The notes below the pieces were generated by a model. It was given only the letters and a program-made list of their open reading frames with translations. It searched no databases and was not told the origin of the DNA. Position numbers and translations under genes: made by a program. From NCBI RefSeq assembly GCF_009914755.1, contig NC_060935.1: a DNA stretch of 64,000 nt, one strand, 5' to 3'. Shown piece after piece: positions 52,550 through 64,000 of this stretch (positions within the stretch are counted from its first letter, which is position 1; every line of letters begins with the position of its first letter). Source of the DNA: the human T2T-CHM13v2.0 reference genome, Homo sapiens.

Positions 52550-53012
52550 AGATGATGCATGCCCATTGTTGTGTGGCTTTGCCGCTGGTCAAGCTTCCCT
52601 CCCAGGGACCAGTTGTTTCAAGGTAGATGAGCCCATCCTCTCACTTTAAGTGTGGCCAGATGTGTTGCATGCTTGATTTCCTAAAATTATAGTAATTCAC
52701 ACTCACTTATTTTAGTGTTGAATGCCACTTCTGGTCCCAAGAAAGCCATGTGAGCCTTGCCTCTATTATCTGCTACCTCTAAAATCCAGATACACTGTCT
52801 TCTGCTCCTCCTTAGGAATACACACAAGAAGTCATGTAGGTCTTTATTTTATACCCTGAAAATGCAAAGCCCTTGTAGTGGAACTATTCACTCGTTGGCT
52901 TGAAATACTTCAAGGATAAGTATTGTTGGGTTGGCGTGGGGTGGGTGTGTTATATATCTTTGTTTCTACTGGAAGCTGTCCTTGAAAAAATTAATGACTG
53001 ATGGCCTACCTC

Positions 53013-53271
53013 TTTTTTTTTTTTTTTTTTGACAACATCTTGCTCTGTCATCCAGGCTGAAATGCAGTGGTGTCATCATTTCAGCCCCCCGAGTGGCTGA
53101 GACTACAGTCATGTGCCATCATGCCCAGCTAATTTTTTAAAATATATTTTTTGTAGAGATAGGGTCTCACTGTGTTGCCCAGGCTGTTCTCAAACTACTG
53201 GAATCAAGTGAGCCTTCCTCCTCGGCCTCTCAAAGTGCTGGGATTATAGGTGTGAGCCACTACACCTGGCC
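53013..53271 (-). mobile_element. AluJ with ~50 bp internal deletion
   Basis: TTGTAGAGATAGGGTCTCACTGTGTTGCCCAGGCTG (J-type); right arm lacks the CTCACTGCAGCCTC...CCTGCC segment. Confidence 0.9.
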
Positions 53272-53657
53272 TAATTTTCTACTTTTGACTAAATTGTGGT
53301 GTGGTTGTAAACTTCCAAGTACTAAAGAAAATGAAAGAAAAAGGAAACACTTTTTAAAGGAAAAAAAATTTTAAAGAAAAAAGGGGTACCTGCTATGGAA
53401 TGGTTCCAGTCACAATGTTCCATAGAAGTTACGCCACAGGGGTGAATATATTCTCAGAAGATGTAGCTGAAAATTAGACCAGGGTTGGGATGTTGATCAA
53501 GATGACAAGGGAGGGTAAATATAGGTGGCTGCTCTTTCTTTATTTATGAAAAAAATGATTCTTATAACCTATGTGTAAAAATTCTGTGTTCTGTTAACCC
53601 ATTAAGATATATGTTTTAGCTGTAAAATTCCAGGCAGTACAAGACTTATACACATCA

Positions 53658-53977
<320 letters not shown>

Positions 53978-54248
53978 TTAAAAAAAGAAAATCAGAATTC
54001 CCTGGAAGCCATCAGGGAAGTGCCAAAATGTATTTCCACCTTGACTGCCTTTGTGTTATACTTTGTCAACATCAGGTCACCTTGAAGTGGCTGTGAGCAT
54101 ATTGAGATCCAGCTACTGGAAGCTGAATTTGGAATACACTCAGGTTTGGTTTAGTTGAGGTATTTTAATGTGGTTAATACTGAATATCTACATTTAATTA
54201 AGTTATACTTAATGGACTTCTATTACCGGCCATGACAGAGTTACAAGG

Positions 54249-54615
54249 TGTATTCATCCATTCTCACATGTTTATAAAGATACTTCCCCAGACTGGATAG
54301 TATCTTAATTTATAAAGGAAAGAGGTTGGTTGAGTCACAGTTCTGCATGGCTGAGGAGGCCTCTGGGAACTAACAATCATGGCGGAAGTGGAAGCAGGCA
54401 GGTCCCCCTGGTGGCAGGAGAGAGAAGCGAGTGAAGGAGGAACTTGCCAAACAATTATAAAACCACCAGATCTCATGAGAACTCACTATCATGAAAACAG
54501 CAGGGGGTAAACCTCTCCCATGATCCAATCACCTCCCACCAGGTTCCTCCCTCAACACATGGGGTTTACAATTCAAGATGAGATTTGGGTGGGGACGCAA
54601 GGCTAAACCATATCA
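54249..54615 (-). mobile_element. THE1D/MST-type MaLR solo LTR
   Basis: TGTATT...CAGATCTCATGAGAACTCACTATCA...GAGATTTGGGTGGGGAC...AAACCATATCA; TSD CAAGG / CAAAG. Confidence 0.92.
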
Positions 54616-54619
54616 CAAA

Positions 54620-56250
54620 GACCAGACTTATCCTTCTGGCATAACCAAATAATAAGCCAGACAAAATATATCAAACAACAATTTTCAGAGACTGTACAAC
54701 AGGCAGGATAATGATTCTTGATAGAAGGAAAAGAAACAAGGTAAGCACTACAATTACCAAGGTTAATACTGGGGAGAGTTTCCAGACTGCTGTACAAGGA
54801 GGGATAATGCAAATAAAGGTCAGCATTATGCCTGAGTGGAAAACAGCTCAGAGAGAACATAGGAAGAGAATTGGTAAGAGCTGCATAGGTAGGAGAGGAC
54901 TTTGAGATCTGCAAAGTCTTCAGCTGAGTATCAATCAGCAAGTGTTAGATAAAGAGTAGTGACCACCCAAGGGTTGAGAAACAGCAACCTGAAAAATAAG
55001 TGGAACAATCCCTGGAGCTCACACAAGGACAGGAGTAGTTTGCGTTCCCATCACAAAGTGAAAACAAACAAAAAAAACTTTTAACATACAGGGCATTGAG
55101 TAGTGTAATTAAAAGGTCTCAGTAATGCAGCAAAATTAGCCTTGGGATAAAGGCTGTTGTGGTTTAGCCTAACAAGTTTTGAAAGAAATTCTTGAAAAAT
55201 CAAAGGGTTTCCACATAACTTAATTGTATTCCATAACAAAACTACTCAAGAATATTTAAAGAAATACAGAAATTGTTCAGGATCCAATAAGGTAAAATTA
55301 ATAATATCTGGCATCCAATTAAAAAATACTAGGCATGCAAAAAGATAGAAAAATATGTAAATAATACAGAAATCAAGAAATAATACAGATAAAATAATTA
55401 GTTGACAGGCATATTAAAACAATTATAAATATATTCCAGCTATTCAAGAAGTTAGAAGAAAACATGAATGTGTTAAAGAGAGTCCTGGATGATTTTTAAA
55501 ACAGTCAACAGATTAGTGAGTGTCAAGGCTTAACAACTGATATGATTCAAATTAAAACAGAAAATCAGAAAAAAATAAAAAAGGACAATACCTCATTGAG
55601 CTGCAGGACAACCTCAAGCAGCCTAATGTATACCACTGAAGTCTGTGAAGAATAAGCCCAGAAGAAAATAGATGAAGAAATAATAGCTAAATAATTTATA
55701 AATTTGATTCACAGTATAATTTCACAGTAGGGCAAAGAAGCCTGAGCACAAGAAAAATGAAGGACATCATTAACAAATTACTCTAAACCAGTGACTAAGA
55801 GAAAATCCTAAAAGCAGTTAGAAGCAAGAAGGCATTGCGTAGTGTATAGATATATACAAATAAGAATAATAATAAACACTCATACCAGAAGTGTAGAGGT
55901 GGCAGCAGGGAAAAAAGTTTTTGAAACATGTTCCAGATGCTGGCCTATGGAAAATTCTCCCAATCCTCAAATGGGTAAAATATAAGTGGAGTATGAACAA
56001 TACAAACTAGAACTCATGCTGAAAGAGGGAGGGAAATAAAACCCTCTCAACCCAGAACTTTTTATCCAGTAAACATATCTTTTAAAAATAAAGGTAAAAT
56101 AAAGACATTTTCAGAGATCCAAAGGTAATAGCAGCAGCAAATTTGCACTATGAGAAATGTTAAGAGAAATTCTTTAGGAAGAAAGAAAATATATCAGATG
56201 GAAATTTGCATCTACATACGAAAAATGAAGACCAGTAGAAATGGTAAATC
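54620..56250 (+). mobile_element. Old L1M 5'UTR/ORF1 remnant
   Basis: A-rich degenerate ORF1-like sequence (GAGCTGCAGGACAACCTCAAGCAGCCTAA; AAAATAAAGACATTTTCAGA). Confidence 0.7.
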
Positions 56251-58777
56251 TGTTTGTTAATAGGTTTTCTGTTGTAGGAAGACCTTCCACCCTGATGCTA
56301 CATCTGTTTTCATCACAAGAAAGTGAAGGGTCAGGCGCTGTATCAGGACATGAATATGTTGCATGACACTCGGTACCAGAAGTTTATAGGCAGTGGGAGA
56401 CAAACTAGGATTAAACATTTGTGTGCTGGAAGCTGCCTAAGGAAATTTTTGCCAGTCATCAGATGTGTAAAATATAAGTGAAGAGTTTAATTTTCATTGA
56501 CAACTACTAATACTAAAAATTTTCTACTTTGAGTCATGTACTTGACATAGAAGTATTAAAATTATAAATTTAACATGCTTTTTAATGGGCAGTTTTTAAA
56601 ACACAATTCAGAATTATGTTTGTAGGGTACAAACTGGTAGCAATTTTCTAAATATCTGGTGTACCTTCATGTGAATCTGCTAATTTTATTTTTTCAATCA
56701 CATTGAATTGCATCTTAGCATATTTGACACATTGACACTTTTTTTTTCTGATGAAATCTGGTACTTCTAGTCAATGGGAGCATGCAAATCACCATCAATA
56801 AACTTAAATTATCTGAAGAAGCAAGAGTTCTAGTAAGAAAACTACACATACTCATCAATAAATCAATGTATGTAGTGTAAGAGTAATTTGATTACGTATT
56901 GTATAATTCAATACAACATAGAAGGAACTTAAAATGCTTTTGAATTACTCTCATGTAAGCCTTAATTTCATATTAACTTTCTAAATTATCAATAATTAAA
57001 AACAAACTAGAGAAAACCCTGAATTATCTTTCTACTTTCCCTGTAGAAAATGTTACAATGTCATTGCTACATGAAGAGAAGATCAAGAGAATTCAGCCAG
57101 AAGACTGTAGAAACAAAGGTATATTATGAAAAGTAATCAGGCAATTAATACAAATACTATGTTATTTCCTAATATGTATGATGATATATCTGTTGGCTTT
57201 TAAAAATCAGTAATTTATTTTCTTTTCTAAATGTACATTTATGTTTATACTTCATTTTTTGTGATTTTATTTATTTTTTCTAAAACTCCACTGCAACTGG
57301 AAAATCAGCCCCACAAAACCTGAATCTTTGTATTATGGTGCAGGGCTGGAAGACATTAAGCTTTGGTACTGTGTATCCCTAGATGTTTTTAAATGCAGAC
57401 TTTATTTCATATTTTGCTCTCAATGGGGGTTTTATTTTTTCTGTTCTTTAGGTAATTAAATTGGGGACACTATCACGTAACCTATATCCAAAAGAAAGGT
57501 AGAGAAGGAAATAATTATCTGGTACAGAAAGAAAAAATGAATCAGTTAGAGATGCTGAGTCTTATTTGACTGAATAGTAATTATTGAATGATCTGATTTA
57601 ATGCCTACATACTCAGGAACAAAAGCAGAAATCTGTGACCCAATGTCTATTTTTATTTCCCCGCCAGTCATGAATCATGCTGTCCTTGGATAACCCGGTG
57701 TCACCCAGAATCTCTGTATCCCTTGGAAATGTAGACTTTCTCCAACCGCCTCTCCCTCCTTGGTGGCTTCTCTGCCTGGACAGACTTGTCTTTGTATTAG
57801 TAGTGTCACTTTACCTCCTACTACTCAGGAACAGACCAGCCAGTCCCATGACAAATTTCCACAAAATGCCATGTATCTTGTAAATTTAATGAATCACTTT
57901 GGGAAAAGGTGGGACACAGAGAGCTTAATGTAAAAAAACCCATTTTTTTGGTCAGAGTGCTGAAAAAAATAGAACTTCTTTAACAGGTTCTGAGTACAAA
58001 CATAGCTCAATGAAGAAATAAAAGCACCTACTGTTTGAAAGTCCTGCTGTTAAAGTCTTACTTTTCTTCATTACACCGGGCATAGTGGGAAGAAATCTGC
58101 TTCTGTTTCACTCAGGGATATTGTTCTGGAATCACAGCTTTTCAGACAGGCTTCCTGTGGATTACCATGAGGCTAGCCCTAAATGTTTATAAGGGACTCC
58201 CTTGCCTATTTCTCCCCTTGTATCCATCTTCATTGTGATTTCCTCCTAGGTAATAATTTGGCTCAAGGTCCTGATTAGTTTCAAGTGGGTAAAATGACCT
58301 ATTATCAGATATGAATCGAGGGGAAACAGAAGAAGGGCCTGTTTGGTTGGCTCTGCAGTTCAGAGCAATGGAAGACTTTCTTTCTGTGGCATCCAGGAGT
58401 TTGGCAGTGACTTGGGGAGGTAATTGGGTGGGAGAAAGTAAAATTTTTGCTGGGCTGAGGTAATAACTTCCAAAAAGAAAAAACTGTACAATTTGATGGT
58501 GATACTTTTCTACCTTCCACAAACACAATAAGCACTCTAAAATGTTGACTTTTATCTTTTTCTGTGTAAAAATATTGTGTGTGAAAATGTTTGTGGTTAT
58601 GATGTAACATAGAAAGAAGGTACAACAGGACTTGTCCAGGGCTTGCCTTTCTCATCGAGTTTGGGACAAGTCTAAACTCCTGAAATGTACTATGTCTGAA
58701 CCAAACTAACATATTAGTGGGTAAGTGCCATTTCTCATCCTAATACTTTCTGATAAGCCACTTCTAAGGACCCAAAG

Positions 58778-58817
58778 AGAGCATATTTCAGGAGTTGAGA
58801 GCATATTTCAGGAGTTG
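58778..58817. repeat. Perfect 20-bp tandem duplication
   Basis: AGAGCATATTTCAGGAGTTG x2. Confidence 0.95.
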
Positions 58818-58889
58818 AAGCTATTGCACAGGGCATGTTCTGTGATATATAAGTTGTGCATGCATTCCTCGTTTAAATAAAAAAGTACA

Positions 58890-59339
<450 letters not shown>

Positions 59340-59375
59340 TTATTTTGGACATGCAATCAGATGAAACATTAAAGG

Positions 59376-60231
59376 TGAGAGGTGAACCCGGCTGGGCTTC
59401 TGGGTCGCTGGGGAACTTGGAGAACTTTTTTGTCTGGCTAAAGGATTGTAAACATACCAATCAGCCCTCTGTGTCTAGCTAAACATTTATAAATGCACCA
59501 ATTAGCACTCTGTAAAAATGCACCAATCAGCGTGCTGTGTCTAGCTAAAGGTTTGTAAACACACCAATCAGCACTCTGTAAAAACGGACCAATCAGCACT
59601 CTGTAAAATAGACCAATCAGTGCTCTGTAAAACAGACCAATCAGCAGGATGTGGATGGGGCCAAATAAGGGAATAAAAGCTGGCCACCTGAATCAGCAGC
59701 GCATCTCCCTTGGGTATTCTTTCAGGGTGTGGCGGTTTTGTTCTTTCGTTTTTCATAATAAATCTTGCTGCTGCTCACTCTTTGGATCTGCACTACCTTT
59801 ATGAGCTGTAACACTCACTGCTAGGGTCTGTAGCTTCATTACTGAAGTCAGTGAGACCACAAACCCACCCGGGAGGAACAGACAACTCCAGAGGCGCCAC
59901 CTTTAAGAGCTGTAACACTCACTGTGAAGGTCTGCGGCCTCACTCCTGAAGTCAGCCAGACCACGAACCCACCAGGAGGAACAGACAACTCCAGATGTGC
60001 CACCTTTAAGAGCTGTAACACTCACTGCGAAGGTCTGCGGCTTTACTCCTGAAGTCAAGCGAGACCACAAACCCACCGGAAGGAAGAAATGCGGGACACA
60101 TCTGAACATCTGAAGGAACAAACTCTGGGACACATCGTCTTGAACTGTAACACTCACCACGAGGGTCCATGGCTTCATTCTTGAAGTCAGCGAGGCCAAG
60201 AACCCACCGGAAGGATCCAATTCCGGACACA
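59376..60231 (+). mobile_element. LTR12-family (HERV9/ERV9) solo LTR, complete
   Basis: TGAGAGGTGAACCCGGCTGGGCTTCTGGG...CCAATTCCGGACACA; perfect 4-bp TSD AAGG; CCAAT repeats in U3, tandem U5 repeats. Confidence 0.95.
59455..59680 (+). promoter_or_regulatory. LTR12 U3 NF-Y (CCAAT) array and TATA-like AATAAAA
   Basis: Seven CCAAT boxes (59457, 59498, 59523, 59564, 59589, 59613, 59637) upstream of GGGAATAAAAGC. Confidence 0.7.
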
Positions 60232-61310
60232 AAGGGATGATGATTGTATTTTGTATTTTGTTTATCTGGAGCCAGCAGTTTATGTAGGTGGAATCATACA
60301 GCTGAATAGATTAATTTGCTTATCATTTATGTAAGTAGGATCATTTTTTCAAACAACTTCTGATGTTCATTATTAACTGAGTGTCATTTAGGGAATAAAG
60401 CAGCCCTTGGTCAGGTGAAAAAAGAACCAGGAGAAAAGACAATTCTCATGTGGTTTATGTGAATTTCTAGTTCTTATATTAGTAAATCAATTTATTTAGT
60501 GTGGTTTTAAATTAACATTGTATGACATTTACTACATACTCTCCTCTTGACCCCTCCCATCTCAACCTACATGGATTGAATAGTACAGGGGTGTCTGACT
60601 TGGGTTACTCAACCTATGGACGTGGATACCTATATCATAGATGTGATTTTTAAGGAAGAGAAGCAGTCTTGTTTACCAAAAATTTTCTTCATCATCTGCT
60701 TACCTTGGTGCCAGAAATTACTGAAATGATGTAGGAGGTTTGAACATATATTTATTTCAAAGGAAAATATCCACTATTAGCAGTTTATTAGAATAGCCAG
60801 AAGAAACTAGAATGACTGTATACATTCAAAACTCAGTATCTTACCTCTGTGTATTAAGGAGGAGATTGGGACAGATTCTCTGCTTTTAAAAAGGTCATGA
60901 TTTAGTCTCTAGATCCAACCTTACACACACGTGGGCTCTTTCTCCTGATTAAATTCCTTTCTATCAGTACTGTCTGTCTTTGGCTTTCATTACCCTAATC
61001 CATCTGACTTTGGCTCCTGCCTTGGCTCAGTTTTGCCAAATAAATCTAATTTCCTCTGTCCTGAAAGTCAATTCTCCAAGAGCATTTTAACTTGTTCTCT
61101 GGCCTTGGTTTTGATGACTTGTCTTTCTTTTCTGCAATCTCACGGAGAAAAAAAAAATAAAAACTATAGCAAGGACCATTTTATTTCACACTTTCTGGAG
61201 TTTTACAGGATTGCTAAGGCCATGAGAAGTGGAAGGAGAAATAGTGATTCAGAAGTAGGGAAAATGCATGGTTTGAGGAGCAATATTGGCACATAGAGAA
61301 AGAGTATTAA

Positions 61311-61416
61311 TCCTATCTATCTCCCAACCAGGTTGGGAATAACTTCACAGTGTGGCTGATGACCTATACAGGCATATGTAATGTCTTGGGAGCAACAGGT
61401 TGGGAGGTAGATAGGA
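61311..61416 (+). other. 19-bp inverted repeat (stem-loop) with a competing internal palindrome
   Basis: TCCTATCTATCTCCCAACC (61311-61329) pairs with GGTTGGGAGGTAGATAGGA (61398-61416), one G-U pair. Confidence 0.85.
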
Positions 61417-61699
61417 ATCCAGGACACATTTTGTTAATTTTGATTGTTACCAGGTACAAACCCACTGCTAAGTGGATATGAACCTGCACAATAACAACTC
61501 TTCCATGTGTTAAGCTGATAGCAAATGGACATGCTGCTCATGTCTAGGAGATTACCAGAGGGTTCACCAAAGATTTCTAACCAGTAGATTAAACCTGCAG
61601 GTAAATCATGCAGCTTCACCTGGACTACTTGTAAGTCAGTCACCAGCATAGGTGACCAATTCAACTTTACTGAGATGCTCTAACCTTTCTCAGGTCACT

Positions 61700-62060
61700 C
61701 CTCCCTCACTGGTGGCTCTGGGCTTTGGGAGGCTTTGCCATGTATCCAGAGTCTTTATAATTTTGAAGCAAGTATGAGAGTCTTCTTGTTCTCTCCTTGT
61801 CTCAGCTCAAGTCTTTTCACTTTTGTGAGGGCCTTGACCTTGTTTTAGGTACAATTAGGAGCTTTCTCCTGTTTGTTCCCAAGACATTATATATGCCTGT
61901 ATAGGTCTCCAGCCACACTGTGCAGTTCGTCTTTGTTTACATAAGGGGCCCCACTCCCACCACACTACAGAATGCTTTATTCATCTCTGTACCCCCAAAT
62001 CCTGCCTGGCCCAATAGCCTGGTGAAATGCAAGTGCTCAATAATATGTACTGATTAAATT
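61700..62060 (+). mobile_element. L2 LINE 3' fragment
   Basis: TTATTCATCTCTGTACCCCC...GCCTGG...AAGTGCTCAATAATATG. Confidence 0.65.
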
Positions 62061-64000
62061 ATTTACAACAGTGATCTGGGTTTGTATATTTTCCCAAAGC
62101 TTTTACGGTAAACATGTAACTTACTTAGTTGTACTGCTTTTCTTTAAAAATGTTTTATATTAAAATGTGGAGGTGACTAAAATTGGCTTCAAAACACATT
62201 TTAATTCCTGTCTCATGTTTGGAACTTGATACTACAGTGCTGCTTCTTTGTTGGTGTTCGTTTTCATAGTAGAGAAAGCTTACCTCAGAAACTAAAGAGA
62301 AACTCATGGAGTAACACCTTATCTTTTGGAATTATTCATCAGAATATTCTGAAAAAAATTTTACATCTACACTATAACTTTTTCAACTACAATCGTAATC
62401 ATTGTTAGTTGTATGAACAAATGATGGGAAGAGAAAGCAACTTTTTTTATTGATTTCTGCAGTTAACTTTATGATTTTCATGTGACAAGGTATGTTATTT
62501 TGACTTAGTTTAGAATGGGAACTGCATCTATTCTTTAGCTTCCTGAATACAGTCACCTTTTGGTTATAATTCTGATTGCTCTGGGCTTTATCACACTTAA
62601 AAATGGAGTTTGCAATTAATGCCTTAAATATAGTTATACTAATAGAGATTAACTAAACAAAATAAGGATCCTGAGCAGCTGCCTGAACTTGCATGCTTTA
62701 CAATGGCAAATTCTTCTAAGTTATTGTATTGATTTAATTTGCATTCAAATTGCTCAGGATTTTGCTGGTGTATTTTCACTTGAATGATTTGCTATCAAGT
62801 GAGGAATGAATAAGTGACACGTACAGACTCAAATGTAGAGTTTAATTTTAAAATTTCTACAGGTTTTAATTGAGCCGTATTAATAACAAAATAAAAAAAT
62901 ACAGGAGCAAGTGGGAGTTTAGCATTACTTCTTAAATAAATCCTAGAAAATGTCATGGCTTGGGATTTGTTTTATGAAGTTAATTTTATTTAGCATAAGG
63001 ACTCGTGTTATACTTGAGCAGATTTGATTCTTCATTTCAATTATAAATTTTTTAATTGGAAAATAATTGTTATGAAGTTATCATTTAAATCAGAACTAGT
63101 TGGTTTTGATCATATTTATTGATTAAATTATTTGTAAGAGTGGTCTGGCCTTGTATAATATTTTCGCAAAGCCTTTATGGTAGACATTTAGCTCATTTAG
63201 TAATACTACTATTCTTTAAAGGTGTTTTATATTTGCCACCGAATGCAAAAATTGTCATTAAATGGTCATTTTATAACCTGTAGTATATATATAATTTGTG
63301 ATATATTTATTATTCTAACCATCTGAATACTTAATATATAAGTAGAAAAAACCTTTCATTATCTTTTTGGGCAGTCTTGTCAAAATTAAACCTACCCTGG
63401 GGTCTACAGAAAACTTTAAGGCAGTAATATTTCCTGTGTCCTCTGGCACAACATTATGCCAAATCCCATCCATGTAGCAATTGCTTCTGGCTTTTCTGGG
63501 ATAAGAGATTACAAGTTCTCTCCAGCAAATACATTTGCTTATGGATTCATTAGATTGTATTCACTCTAAGGTAAACTCTGTCTGGAGTTGGGTTTGTGTT
63601 CACAAGTGAAGTGGACAATGGGCTTATCCTCTCAGGAAACTACTATGTCATTTAGCTACTGTTCAGGCAATATACTGGAGAAAAATGTCTCTATTTTATG
63701 ATGTGGCAGATGGCAATAGGCACAGTGGTAACTATTTAACAGGTGTTCAAATATTTTATAAATGAATAAAGGGAGAAAACATGAATAAATGAAGAAGTAG
63801 AGAGGCACAGTGGAAATGTACTGGGTCCCTGACCGTGTGTGGAAAAATGCAAATTAACCTTTTCTCTCTTCTCCAAACATGTTAAGATTAAAGGGGGAGA
63901 AATGAGGATTTTAAATGGTTAACAGTTAAAAAGAAGCAATACAATCACAAAAGTAAGTGTTGTTTATTTGGACCCATACTGTGCCTGAAATTACACACTT

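Noticed and set aside
56265-56340. Possible + strand exon after TTTTCTGTTGTAG
   Set aside because: The downstream donor (AGG|GTCAGG) is weak, so support is insufficient.
59805-60215. Regularly spaced repeats (TGTAACACTCAC...GAAGTCA...AACCCACC) resembling a CRISPR array, plus ORFs 59903-60232 and 60006-60230
   Set aside because: These are the normal U5 tandem repeats of LTR12. The intervening sequence is also repeated rather than unique spacer.

Overview
AT-rich, CpG-poor mammalian DNA from human or a closely related catarrhine primate (AluJ/S/Y-type, L1PA, THE1, MLT2A1 and LTR12/ERV9 elements). It reads as a gene desert or large intron. I find no credible protein-coding gene, tRNA, rRNA, CpG island or CRISPR array, and the listed ORFs are chance ORFs or remnants of L1, Alu, LTR or microsatellite sequence. 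Much of the window is fossil transposable elements: L1M/L1PA, L2, MIR, MaLR LTRs, Tigger/hAT/mariner elements and 8 Alu copies or fragments. I see no new multi-gene biological system. The best leads are: (1) a ~1.3 kb polyadenylated, 3'UTR-like retrocopy candidate at ~50.8-52.2 kb; (2) a ~234 bp fold-back inverted duplication at 1541-1774; (3) a candidate L1 3' transduction at 46081-46189; (4) intact solo LTR12 and MLT2A1 LTRs as possible promoters; (5) a two-state hairpin at 61311-61416; and (6) several isolated exon-like and enhancer-like unique segments. Repeat subfamily names come from recalled consensus sequences, and many boundaries are approximate.
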